Shown one piece after another: positions 1 through 14,521 of a DNA stretch of 64,000 bases (position 1 is its first letter; every line of letters starts with the position of its first letter). The stretch lies in NCBI GenBank assembly GCA_951406725.2, contig OX597817.1, positions 121,706,001 to 121,770,000 of the forward strand, read 5' to 3'. Source of the DNA: Octopus vulgaris (taxonomy: Eukaryota). The notes below the pieces were generated by a model. That model was not told the origin of the DNA. It did no database searches and saw nothing but the letters and a program-made list of their open reading frames with translations. A program made the position numbers and the translations under genes.

Positions 1-990
1 GGTATTCTGAAAGAAGTGGTCTGATGGAGGTCCTTAGCTTTTCAACGATCTTTGTTCTAGTACTCCATGAACTGTGACTTCTACAGACATAACTTCTCGA
101 TATTTGTCGGCCTTGTACTATGTGTTCGCCCTGTTTGTTTTGTCACAAACTCTCTGTATTCTATTCCAGCTTTTACTCCTGTATCTAGGGCAGGAACCAC
201 TGGCTTTTATATAATACTTCCTATCTTCTTCCTAGCTTCCCTGCACACTCGAATCCTATGTTTTTGGTTATATTCAGAGAAATGCATGCGGTGTATGAAG
301 TTCCGTACATGTATTTTTCTTTCATAGGGTTCGTATAAATAGGACATGTTCTTCATTATCCTAAGTCTGCTATGTATATGTTGATTTTCATGTGGTGTGA
401 CAAAGCTAAGTTCTTGTGAGCAACATATTTAGAAGCTATGGGTTTCATATAATAGGAGTAGAGGAGCTGAACTCTTTTCACAGTCTTTAACCAAAGTTCA
501 ATATCAAGAACAAGGAGTTTGAAGTTATGTTGCCTGGTGGGGTAATCATTTGTTACCTTGATACTTTGGTGGATGGTGTTAGCTACGTGCTGGATGCTCT
601 CCATTATGCTCCTCTTGATTTCTACACCACAGTTGCTAGAGTTTGTCCTATCTAAAATATTAATGTTATCTACAGTGAAAAAAAACAGTTGTGGATTGTT
701 CAGCTATAGATTGTTTAAGTTTTCTGTCCCACCACGTCATGTAGTGGCCAACCACATCTCCAGCCTCACCGACACCAATGGCTGCACCGTGAACATGCAT
801 GTATAGTTTCCTGTTAAAATTGGTGGTTCTTATGCTAGTCCCTATTGCATGTGCGATCATTCTTTTCACCTGACTGTTGTTTTCAAGACCCCTGTGTGGG
901 TGCGATCCAGCCACTCTAAGCTCTGCGGTGCTCTTTTTTTCACTGCGAAAGTGATGATGGGCGGTTTTCTCCTGTGTGACCTGGTGGGGC
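1..990 (-). mobile_element. Penelope-like retroelement relic (RT core and thumb, frameshifted; continues past the window start)
   Basis: Minus-strand frames give FNRKLYMHVHGAAIGVGEAGDVVGHYMTWWDRKLK (RT motif 4, G-x-x-x-G), TVDNINIL (degenerate YVDD), IKVTNDYPTRQHNFKLLVLDIELW, YSYYMKPIASKYVAHKNLALSHHMKINI and FIHRMHFSEY. The order matches PLE reverse transcriptases; multiple stops and frameshifts. Confidence 0.75.
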
Positions 991-1013
991 AGACGCACTC
1001 AGGAGACAGAGGT

Positions 1014-1652
1014 ACACACGCAAATACACACTCACACACACACATACACATACACACACACACGCAAACACACAAACATACACAAACACATGAATATGCA
1101 GAATATATACGTAATAAATTACACACACGCATACACATATATATGCGTACACACACGCGTACACACATTCATACATACTTATATACATACATAATACATA
1201 TGTATATACATATGTGTATACACATGCACACGGACGCACGCACATGCACACAAATAAACAAAAAGAACGCAGCTCTGATAACGGGCAGAGTAAACAACTA
1301 TTGAAGAGTTTGCAAGAAGCAACGAAAATTTTAAAAGAAAAGTAAAAAAAGGAGCGGAAATTGAACGGTGAATGTGTTAATTAATAAGGCATTAAAACAG
1401 AATGACTCTCCTGAGACACAACAAAAATGCTTCATCACACGAATTCACATAAAGAATCTTGCAAACCAAATACAAAAAAGAAATATATATATATATATAG
1501 ACATACAGATACGTGCGCACACACACATGCACACACGAACTCACACACCTATTTGTATGTGTGTTTATATCTATCTGGGTATATTATATATATATATATA
1601 TATATAGATAGATACATACATACATACATAAATACATACATAAATACATACT
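1014..1652. repeat. Compound (CA)n/(TACA)n/(TA)n microsatellites
   Basis: Directly visible dinucleotide and tetranucleotide tracts; source of the H/T and C/V-rich ORFs. Confidence 0.9.
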
Positions 1653-2453
1653 AGGAAGTCTATAAATTTCTATATCATAACGCAGCACACACACATAAAC
1701 AATAGAAAAGCAAGATTAATTTGCATTTATTCCAGAGAATTAGAATGAACAAATCAATTGCTTAGAATTTAAAGACTTGTTTATAAATTCATACTGGCTT
1801 AGTGAGTAAAATACATAGAGATATTGTTAAATTTATATGAATATTGTTTGGGAATCAATCCAAAAATTGTAAAGCTAATGTAACGCATGAAAATATCTGG
1901 CTTCAATTGAAATGATATAATTTACGAAGCACATGTTTCAATTACCAACTTGAAATTAACCAACAGAAAATTGCTTTCAATTTTCAATAGGAGGACATAT
2001 TTAAATGAGACAATAAACAATTTGCCGCTGAATAGATAGTTCAATATACAAATGTAATATTAGTATTTAACTTATACTATTTCAACTTTATGCTTCGAAA
2101 AATTTGATCGAAGTGTAATATAATAATTCCAAACATAACAAGAATTATATTATCCTATGATGAATACAATAATGAAAGAGAAATTTGCTATGAAGCCTAT
2201 GATTACATCCAATGGTAAGTATATATATAGAATAATGTATTCAAATACTGACAATATATTATATGAACGACTTAATCATTGTATTTTCTAACACAGTGTT
2301 TGGTTTTCTGAAGATCTGAAGAATAGTATGCAATCATCTTAAATGTTTTTTTTATGTTCAAACATTTAGAACATTTTATATATTTCGTGGAAACCTAGGA
2401 CATTCGAAATCCACTGTGGGATGAAAAAGTGCTGGTGTTGCTGCTGCTGCCGT

Positions 2454-2454
<1 letters not shown>

Positions 2455-2487
<33 letters not shown>

Positions 2488-2508
2488 GTTGCTGCTGCAC
2501 TGCTGATG

Positions 2509-2571
<63 letters not shown>
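2455..2571. repeat. (CTA)n trinucleotide microsatellite with a (CTG) interruption
   Basis: Directly visible. Confidence 0.95.
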
Positions 2572-2572
<1 letters not shown>

Positions 2573-2729
2573 ACAATTTCGAGCCTTCTTCCTAGAGTAG
2601 AAAAGAATAATTAATGTTGGTAAAAAGGATAGTAATATATATATAAGAACAGAATAAATTTACAAGGTAAGTAATACAAAGACTACAGAATATATAATTC
2701 ATGCTACACTGAAATCTATATTTTGAAAC

Positions 2730-4210
<1,481 letters not shown>

Positions 4211-4904
4211 GGATGTACACGCGTATATAAATATTTATTTAACTGTAATGTTACATTTATCACAGATTTATCACTATCCAATATGCAGTATTACTTTCAC
4301 TGCAGATATATTATTATATAAGCTACTGTGTTAACTCATGAATTATATGACAGAAGCTTTTATTGTTTTAACGGCAATGGTATATGATGTAATGCCATGA
4401 ACAGCTCATTGTTAACACCGACCATGTTATATTTTAGCGCTTGCAGCATATGACGTAATCCAAAAGAAATACTACCAAAATGTCGAGTAAATTCTGGACT
4501 GAATATTTTAATTTTCTACAAAGTTTTAAAAGCTGATTGTAACGTATTCTTTTTTAGTTGGTAAATTTAGTGAATAGGATATTCTGTTTATGTTATTGTA
4601 TGAGCGAAAGATGCGTGTGTGCTATTAAAGGTTGTATATTCTTCGATATAGTGTAATGTTATAATGATGTAATTTATATGAAAGTGTACACTGGTCTTAG
4701 TATACCTGTAATACTTATTCCATAACAGAAAGTATTAAATTATTTGAAAACAGACTTTGAAATAAAATAGTTTTCTTTAAAATTAACCTAAATTTGTAAT
4801 ACAGACGTGCAGTGATATTTTGACAATAACACATGATTAGCTGAATTATATGTGATACTAATAAGAACGAAGCTAATATTAAAACAGATAATAAGTTTGA
4901 TTAT

Positions 4905-5010
4905 ATTGGGAGACGGATTAGTCGATTATATTGACCCCAGTGTCCAAGTAGTACTCAGTTTGTCAACTTCTTGGCGAACTCTGATGTAAAGCCGGACGAA
5001 ATGCCGCTAA
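4905..5010 (-). mobile_element. Partial tRNA-derived SINE, family A (same family as 43034-43250)
   Basis: tagtcgattatattgaccccagtg...gacgaaatgccgctaa is the reverse complement of the 43034 copy's body and head. Confidence 0.6.
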
Positions 5011-5074
5011 AACTAGAAAGTTTTTAACTATATATGGAACTGTAGCATAACCATCATCAAACAAAAATAATTAA

Positions 5075-5323
5075 TTGGCACTCCGTCGGCTACGTTTACG
5101 AGTGTTCCAGCTAATCCAACGAAGGAACAGCCTGGTCTTGAAAATTAACTTTCAAATGCCTGAGGACTTCATAGACACGTACCTTCATGTAGTTCTTAGG
5201 GTTAGGGTTAGGGTTCTCAGAGAGATTCAGCGTGACACAGAATGTGACAAGGCTGGCTATTTGAAATACAGAATCTACCAGAAACCGAACTCATGATCGT
5301 GAGCTGAATATCTTAACCGCTAA
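5075..5323 (-). mobile_element. tRNA-derived SINE, family C, carrying an internal (TTAGGG)3
   Basis: Minus-strand 5' end ttagcggttaagatattcagctcacgatcatgagttcggtttc is a tRNA-like head (A-box-like tagcggttaag); a degenerate relative of the body lies at ~54400-54540. Confidence 0.6.
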
Positions 5324-6246
5324 TAAAAGAATATCCTAACCGCCTCTTCACTTAGCAAAAATAATAGAATGAAAATATATAAATATCTGAGTAAAATATT
5401 TTTAAATATAAATAAATTAAGTTAAAATACAAGAGAGTGGATAGTTAGTTTAGTATGCATTGGAGGGTATAATAATATTTTCAGTAGACGGAGCTATCTG
5501 AGAAGCAATGAAAGAGAATATGAGCCATTATAAGATTTTGCTTAGTTGGGTTGTGAAGAAGAAGCCTTTTCATTCGAGTGCGTATAAGAATTGTAGAATG
5601 TAAGTTGTTTTACCCTGGGTAGGTGAACCGAAAGGCAAATTTCGGGTTGACACTTACTGAAGTGTCAAATTCGACCAGATTTTATATGGGTTTATTCAAT
5701 TTTTCACTTCTAGCGCACCTAAAAACTATAATTGCTCTCCTGCTCTAGTCAAGTGTATATAAATCTTACACACACCTACTTAGTGTAACACCAGCTACAA
5801 AACACTTCTTTTAAAGCATTCTCTCCAGAAGTATTTTCTTTGAACATTTTTTCTGCCGTATAATAATTTCCCTGAAAAAACAAATGTTATGTAGTGAACT
5901 TCATAGCTTACAGCTATTTCTGCTATAGGAAGCACTGTACTCTTAATTGAATATGTAGATGACATCCTATAACCTAATCGGAGCCTTGAATATCAAGTGC
6001 AATTTATTTGGGAGTTACATTTTCAGAACTTACAAGCATTATGAGTGAGAAGGTTTATGTAATGGCTAATGCCTGTATGTTTTGGGAATGTAACTTTCCC
6101 AACTAAAGTGGGTTTCATATTCAAGGGCCTTATGACACTTTAGGATGTTACCCAGGCACTCAACTAAGAGTTCACCTCATCATTATAGCAGAAACAGGTG
6201 TAAGTTAATGAAGTACATTACATAATTTTTTCCGGTGTCATCACTT

Positions 6247-6274
6247 TCTCTCTCTTTCTCTCTCTCTCTCTCTC

Positions 6275-6324
<50 letters not shown>

Positions 6325-6377
6325 GACACACATATATGTGTGTGCACGAATGAGAGAGAGAGTGTTTGTGTTAAGTA

Positions 6378-6456
<79 letters not shown>

Positions 6457-7082
6457 GAGCTTTAGAGTAGTTAAAATACGTTTGTGACATATTTAAAATT
6501 CTAAAGGCGTATTCACTGCAGTTTCTATGAAGAGAAAGTTCTTTCTGATGGTAAAAACATTTAAAAACACCATATTTGCGAGTGTTACCTAAGCACTGCT
6601 CAGCGCCGATACTACTGAATTTTCCCCGACTTGGCGGTCTAACAGCGCGACTCTATCAATGTTATTGACTAGGTTTTATTTGAAGCAACAGCTTTAAATC
6701 TGCCCAGAGTTTACCGTAATTCCCATTAATAACGGCTAAAGAGCTAGAGACGCTGCGCTTGAGAGTCCGACAAGCAGCAACACTGAACAGATTTGGTGTT
6801 TTCTCGGGTTTTACCATGAGATAGGTTTTTGTCCACGGTAACTGCAGTGTATTTGCCTTGAGAAGGTAAAATATATCACAAATTTTAACCAATCTAATGT
6901 TCGCGTATTCCTAAACACTGCTCAATACTCACATAAACATAAACACACGCACACACAAACACGTCCGCAAACATACCCATGTATGTATGCATGTATGTAT
7001 TTATGCATGCATGTATGTATGTATGTATGTATGTATGTATCTATCTATCTATCTCATATCTATACACATACGTGTATATATA
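6247..7082. repeat. (CT)n/(TA)n tracts (6247-6452) and (TGTA)n/(TCTA)n tract (6979-7082)
   Basis: Directly visible; they flank the GC-richer 6588-6924 block. Confidence 0.85.
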
Positions 7083-9427
7083 TTCTTCATGTATCAATCA
7101 AAGAAGCAATAGTCATTTACTGACACGCAAGCGCATGGATTTATGCCTCCATGTATGTCAACCGATGTGTAATGGAATATCACTTTGCGTCCCTTCACAT
7201 CAATTTTAAATTAGTTATTCGGCATAGAACAATGTATTTCGTTTCAGAACGAAATTTATACTAGGATTTATATGTACCACCAGTATATGTTAAGGCAGTG
7301 GCCTAGTAAGCGTGGGTTTCAAGGATAGAAGCCAACAAAAGTATACATTTGCTCGAAGTACAGTTAAGTTTAGAAATTACAGATAAATATAGATAAATAT
7401 ATCATTAAGTATTCAATGTGGAATATTTGCAACAACTCTACAAAGCAACACAGCAAGGAATCGATACTCTTATATTGATTAAATAACAAAGAAAAATCAA
7501 CGAATAATTTAATATCATCATGAATTATAAAATTTAATTTCGTTTCCATTTACACTCATCAATATCAAAGAAATTATAACTTAATACCATTATGGGAACA
7601 TCATATATATATTAATGTGAAACTCTTGGAAATTAACATTTACTCTGTTTAACTTTACGACAATTAAAAACAGCTGAGATACATGAAAGATAGATGAGTC
7701 AGACTGAATATATATATCATTCCTGTTAAATATAAATATGGCATATACAAATTATCAATATTAAAGAAATCATATTAAATTCGCAATTATGCAGCAGTTT
7801 TGTTTCTGGTTTAGATTGATTGTAAAGATAATTCTTCTCTAAATTTCTGAGATGAGAAATTATGAATACTACATACTGATGCAAACGAACTAGAGTCTCT
7901 ATTTTCTCTCATCTTGCTTGCTATATAGACACTACTTTTCAGACCATAAGCCTTCCGGTTTTTCTCAGAGAAAGCCTCTAAGGAAGCACAGGGGCTGATA
8001 AATTTCATTTTGTTGTCTATTATACAATTGTATCAATTATTCTTGAATTCTTGTACATGAACGCCATGTGTGTATGTGTTTGGGTGTGTTTACATTGACA
8101 TGGGTGAGTCAGTAAGTAATATAGTTGTGTTATTGCATTACATTTTAAAATACAAACACCCCTATAAACGTAGGAAAATCAACTGACGCTCACTAGTTGA
8201 ACTGCAAAGCTTCAAACTTATTTTTTTTGTACTCTTAGATTTAATTTTTTTTTCATTGAAAGATTTAGTGCGAATTTTGCTGAGAGTGAGATATTTGTGT
8301 AATACATACTTTGGCATCAACGTGAAGATGTGTATGCAATGCTTGACTATTTGAACTTAATACAGCTCACAACAGAAATCGCATATACATGAAAAAATTC
8401 TCATTCGTTAATGAATTGAGAAGTTGAACGGAGTCCTCACATTCTAAGAATTTTGTATTGTCGTTTCAAATGGATTTTTATGTAAAAGCATAAAATTGTC
8501 GATATAAAAATAGAGAGCAAATACTATTTAATACTGGTGTCCTTCATAGTCATTCAACAATTTCAGTCCAGAAATAAAATTTCATTAGTTTCGGATTGAA
8601 ATTTTTGTGATCATGTCATTTACAATCTCGTGAAAGTAATGCATTTAGAGTTCAGATGGAGTTTTCAGATCGATATTACGAAGAATATTACGGCAGGCAA
8701 GAATTTTCTAAGAAAACAGTTCAGGAGAGAAGCTTTTAAAACAAGTGTTTCGTAGCTGGTGATACATCGTGTAGGCGTGCGTGAGGCTTATATACAATTG
8801 ACAAGGATAGAGAAGGATAGAGAATCAAGACATAATTTTTTAGGTGGGTAGAAGTGTGAGATGGAATATAAGAATTATAAGTCGGATGGAGGTGATTCCA
8901 CCACGTCTCAATGCACTAAAAGTCATTAACAATACATTTGAGAAAATGTCGCTCAAACTGCAACCTACACACTTAAAAAACAGAAAACAAAACAAAATAT
9001 ATTGAATGATAGAGCATTAAGTTAACTGTCTGAACGAATGACGAGATTGTCGGAGCAGCTCATGTGACTTATTTACGAGAGCTGAACGTAGAGCAAAAAA
9101 ATATTACAACAAAAATAAACGACTACTACTACTACTACTACTGCTACTACTACTGCTGCTGCTGCTAGAGTCTTTCGACTTCGGAGATTCATTAACATCT
9201 GACTCTAGTCCATATCTACATGCTACACGTAGTGTTACATCTTCGTACTCTTTTCAGATTAGATTTAGCGTCGACCAGCTCACTCAAAAATATGTAGGGA
9301 ATAATATGATTTCATTAATTTCTTAAATATTTAAGAATATATGAAAGTACATTGTGGTAAATTTGATCTGGGAAAGCGATACAAAATACCTCATCCATCA
9401 AGTATTGAAGAACTAGAAGAGCTGGGC

Positions 9428-9535
9428 ATCCATCCATCCATCTATCTGTATGTATGTCATTCTGTCTGTCTGTCTGTCTGTCTATCCATCCATCCATCCA
9501 TCCATCCATCCATCCATCCATCCATCCATCCATCC

Positions 9536-9571
<36 letters not shown>

Positions 9572-9968
9572 ATCTATCTATCTGTCTGTCTATTTGTCCG
9601 TCTATCTGTTTGTTATCTATATCTCTATATGTCGCTCTCGCTTTCTCTCTCTCTCTTTACACACGCACACAAAACATTTCAAAACTGCGTGTTTATTAAA
9701 CACATATTTAAACACATCTTTTCATATACACACATACAGGCTTGTACATATACATGCACGCATACATAACGCATGCCCAAACTTTATATACGTGCATACC
9801 TACATAATGTTTGTAAGCATTTATACTGATACTCCCTGTAGCGGATGTCTCTGCTACAATAAAGGAAATGAAAATTAATCGAGGCTAACCTATACATACA
9901 AAATAATCAGACAAATACATACCTACCTACCTACCTATCTACCTACCTACATACATACATACATACAT
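9428..9968. repeat. (ATCC)n/(ATCT)n/(CTGT)n and (ACCT)n/(ACAT)n tetranucleotide microsatellites
   Basis: Directly visible; explains the IHPS/MDGW ORFs. Confidence 0.9.
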
Positions 9969-11864
9969 ATACGTTATTGATTTTGATCATTACAAGCTTA
10001 ATCAAAATTATCTTTATATACTACTAAGGTAAAGTTTTCAAGAGTAACTGTTAGTTTTCTTAGTACTGAATGACGAGTGTTTTAATTGCTATTTCCTGTA
10101 ATTTAGACTATCATTGCTATTACAATATAAAATCTATATGAGAAAATTAACTTGCCACTGGTTAGTTCCTGCATAAACTATAAAAAACACTTCGGTATAA
10201 TACCTCTGCATCTAATGAAGAAATGTCCAAAATCGGTAACTTTGTATTTGGAAGCTAAAATCAATCGAAGCAATAATTAACCTCATATTTCATTTTATAA
10301 TGAGCACTATCCTGTTTGGTCAAAACCTTCACACCCTAAATCAACTATACTCCGAATTTCGACAGCTACACTAACCTCCAGATATCTTTCATTCTTTTAA
10401 AAATATTCCGCGGGATTTTTTCTCTTCAAAAATACTTTCTAGATCAAAAGATTTGCTGAAATAATTTGAAAATGACAAAATAACTTCATTGCCTAACAAT
10501 TAAATAATTTATGCTTCTTCAAAATATACTTATCTTCAAGTTCTATAATTTAAATGTACTTTTTATGAGCATTCCAGAAAGTAATGCTAAAATTATCTGT
10601 GCTTGTATATCATTCATTCAGAAGTCTAAATAAAAAAATCGTAAAAGTTTGAAAAATAGAGAATACATACATATATTATTAAATCGAATAATCTTGGGAC
10701 ATGTAAGAAAATTTGATCGCTTCATCGAATTTGTCATCACAGCTATACATTTACATACATGATTTATTTTGCGATAAGAACTATAAAGCCAGCAACGTAG
10801 CGATTTCTTCAACATTTTCAAAAGTAGTATCGACTTTTCTATGAGCAAACATCAAAAGGATTTAAGAAACAATTACGTCACTAATCATTTTAGTAAAGAG
10901 CAGAAAGTCTTTAAAAAACGGGGAAACAAATTTGGTCAGAAAACCAATTACTCGTATTTCGATTTCAGTTAATTAGAGAGATTGATATGCATATCGATTA
11001 TGGCAAATATAATATTAAAGCAATGCATAAAACAAACATATTGTCTAGATATTAGATTAGAGATACTGATATATAATAATGTTTGTATTGGAATAAGACT
11101 GATATTTAAAGAAATCCAATTGCTAAACTTCTAACTGATACCACGACTTCTACCTACTGTTTCATATTATTCAGTATATTTAATGTGGCTAGCTTTATGC
11201 GCTGTATCAAAGTAGTGTGACGTCTAATAGCTAGTTGGCAAATAAAAGCAGTATTTCTGAAGCAGACACACGAAATAATGTATAACGGATGTTGTTATTA
11301 ACTTCGTAACTGGCTTTTTACTTTGTTCAGTTATGACCTCATAATGTTGCAGTGTAGGTTAGATGAAAGGTAATAAAACCTGAACGGTCTGACGTACAAT
11401 ATCATCCATGTGAATCATTGCATTTAACTAGCATTTCAAAGAGATCACATTGAAATTCTGAATGAATTTCGCATCGTGTTTCTACGTAACTGCTGATGGT
11501 TACTTATCTAGGAATGATTCCAAGATCACAGAGTTGAAATATTAAGATAAAAATGGATCATCTAATTCTCATTTATTACAAACAATAAGTACGTATCGAT
11601 GCATGTATATAAGTCGCACACTCACGTGCGAATGCAACAAAAACAAGTGTATGTATTTGTGTACATTAACGTTATATCAATCGAAACCATAGAAGTCGGA
11701 AAATTGCTGAGGAATCTATGTTCTATAAGACAGAGTTCTCGTCTTAGACACACTCAATAGAATTAGGCGTTGGACAATAACTCTTCTTTGAATGGCAATT
11801 AGAATATCATTACGCTTCAGAATACAACCAACACAATGCTTATCGGAGCAATGTTAGCTAACCA

Positions 11865-12050
11865 CTCAACCTGATTGATATAGCAGCCAATTTACCCGGA
11901 AATCATGCCCTAACATCTTAGAAAAAGACAATACTTTGTATAATATCGTTTCGGGTGAACAGTATCTTGGAAAAGGATGAGGTGTTCACGGCTGGCACAT
12001 GGTTAGGCATCTATCTGCTCAGTTAAGACACCGCCCTAGGATGAACTATC
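11865..12050 (+). repeat. Unclassified ~200-bp interspersed repeat, family D (degenerate)
   Basis: Shared motif order (tagcagccaa...atcat/acccta...tcttaga/gaa...taat.t.gt...gat.a...ctgct.a.tca) recurs at ~21105-21390, ~21875-22060, ~25620-25790, ~16530-16780 and in reverse at ~43270-43415 and ~54700-54930. Matched by eye only. Confidence 0.4.
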
Positions 12051-12636
12051 CTTATCATAATATAGAAATCAATAATGTGTTTTTTATGACTAGTGCCATG
12101 ATCTGCACTAAGTCAGATAAAAAGAACAAGTCAGATAAAAGAACAAAGCTGATATCCATTCAATTTCTTCACCTACTTGCACTGCTCAACTGCAAATTCA
12201 AGAGAGCGTATAAGAAAGCATATCTTCAACTGATTTAAACACAGCTTGAAATTTGGGGAAGGAGAATAGACGATCGTATCGTATTAACAGTAACTAGCTT
12301 GTATTTTATTTTATCGCAGATGCAGTTGGTTTCAGCATCATTTGAAATTGGAAAGTAAATTTTGTGAATAAATATTGCAAGGAACTAGAAGGCAGTCGTA
12401 AATGTTGTCAACTACCTTCCCACATGAAAAGTAGACCAGATACTTTCCTTTGTTGATTACGCTTGCACAAAATGTACCAAACCTATGATAATAACTTAAA
12501 CTCAAGCAGCTTAAGTGTAAACCTAAAGCAGTAGTATAAAGTACATGGCCAACAATTCCGTAAAATGAATGAATTCATATATATACACATGTATGTATAT
12601 ATGTATAAGCGAAGGTGTGGGTGTCTGATAAGCATG

Positions 12637-12940
12637 GGCCAGGTTCAGTCTCACAGTGTGGCAGCTTGGACAGGTGCCTTCTACAATAGCCTCGGGCCAA
12701 CCAAAGCCTTGTGAGTGGATTTAGTAGATTGAAACAAAGAATTCCGTCGTATATATACACACACCTATCTGAGTATGTCTTTGTGTCTGTGATTGTCCGC
12801 GCCAACCACTACCACCATCGCTTGACAACCAGTGTTGGCATGTTTACGTCTCCGTAGCAGTTCGGCAAAAAGAGTAATAATAGAATATGTACTGGGGTCA
12901 ATTTTTTTAGACTAATAAACTCGTTAAGGCGGTTACCCAG
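12637..12940 (+). mobile_element. tRNA/CORE-like SINE, family B (5'-truncated, diverged)
   Basis: ggttcagtctcacagtgtggcagcttggacaggtgccttctacaatagcctcgggccaaccaaagccttgtgagtggattt aligns to the 59501-59900 copy. Confidence 0.8.
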
Positions 12941-13579
12941 AAGAGTGTCACGCAAATAGATATACTGAAAGGGAAACTATGTTTTCAAGAATATGAGAAA
13001 TACATCAGACCGTTTCAAGATGTCACATGCTAGCTCTTATAATATATATTTTCGAGACAAAACAACATAGAATAGCTAATATTTAGTCGTCTTGCCATCA
13101 AATTTCAAATCCTTTACGAAGCCGTTACTTCTATGTGCTTCCATCTATATTACAAGATCATGCGAATGCAAATAGAAAAGAAAAGCAAAGCAAAACAAAA
13201 CAGTGGGGTGAGATTATTTTGGAAACAAAAAAAAAAGTTCATATTTGCATTGAAACACCAAATATCTATAAAGATGAGTAGACTTGAAAAGATATTGCAG
13301 CGAAGTAAAACAGTGCAGAATTACATCGATGTAGTTGTTGACTGGAAAATATTTTAGCAGTTATGGAATATCTTTATCATTTTAGTTATATTTTTAATCG
13401 GGAAGATAAATTAAGATTGGCATAGTTCTTTCCGGTAAATAGCAGAGCAACATGTATAATATTTCATGTTATTTTCACGTGACATTTGTGAACTATGAAT
13501 ATTTTCAGGCAAGCTTTTCATGAGGTAATTAATTTTTATTTTAAGAAAGAAAACACCAGCACCACCAAGAACAAAATAC

Positions 13580-14291
13580 TTTGGCGTAAAGTTAGTGATT
13601 TTTAGTGATGAGAATGTTAGTCGTTTACATTGAATCTAATGCTCAACTGGCACTTATTTTATCGACTGTGAAAAGATAAAAGCAACGTCGACCACGGCAG
13701 AATTTGTACTTCGAATGTAAAGAAAGAACTAGAAGAAATAGTACGAGGTATGTTGTCATTCTACCTTTTTAACCGAAGCGCAAGAGATTCTGCCGTTTTC
13801 TGCCATTAATGATAATAATACTCTTTTCTAGTACAGGCAAAAGGCCTGAAATTTTGGGGGTAGGGGTGAGTCTATTGCATCAACAAAAGTGCATAGACGG
13901 TACTTATTTCAGTGATCCCGAAAGGATGAAAGGCAAAGATGACCTCGGGGAAATTTGAACAGAGAACGAGAAGACGGACGAAATGCCGCTTAGCGTTTCG
14001 CCCGGCATGCTAACGATTCTGCCACGACCGACATCACCTTGGTAATAATAATAGAAATAATAATAATAATAATAATAATAATCCGTTCTACTATAGGCAC
14101 AAGGCATGAGATTTTGGGGAATGGGACTAGTCGATTACATCGACTGTTTCACTGGTACTTAATTTATTGACCCCCGGAAGGATAAAAGGCAAAGTCGACC
14201 TCGGCAGAAATTGAACTTAGAACGTAACAACAGGCGAAATACTGCTAAGCACTTCGTTCAGAGTGCTAACTGTTCTGCCAACTCACCACCT
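13580..14291 (-). mobile_element. Three head-to-tail family A SINE copies (~13580-13805, 13820-14040, 14082-14291)
   Basis: Each repeats tacttatt...aaaggcaaag(t)cgacctcggc.gaa.ttgaac...cgaaat.c.gctaagc...ttctgcc, the reverse complement of 43034-43250; copies are separated by (TAA)n tails. Confidence 0.85.
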
Positions 14292-14292
14292 C

Positions 14293-14324
<32 letters not shown>

Positions 14325-14335
14325 TAATAAAAATG

Positions 14336-14397
<62 letters not shown>

Positions 14398-14455
14398 GAT
14401 AATAATAATAATAATGATAATAATAATAATATAATAATAATAATAATATTGATAA

Positions 14456-14520
<65 letters not shown>
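14293..14520. repeat. (AAT)n followed by (GTA)n microsatellite
   Basis: Directly visible; abuts the 5'-truncated end of the older Dong-like LINE. Confidence 0.95.

Positions 14521-14521
<1 letters not shown>

Noticed and set aside
10205-10240. ctaatgaag...ccaaaatcggta as a decayed hammerhead in a possible old pLTR
   Set aside because: Both catalytic boxes are mutated and no stems can be shown.
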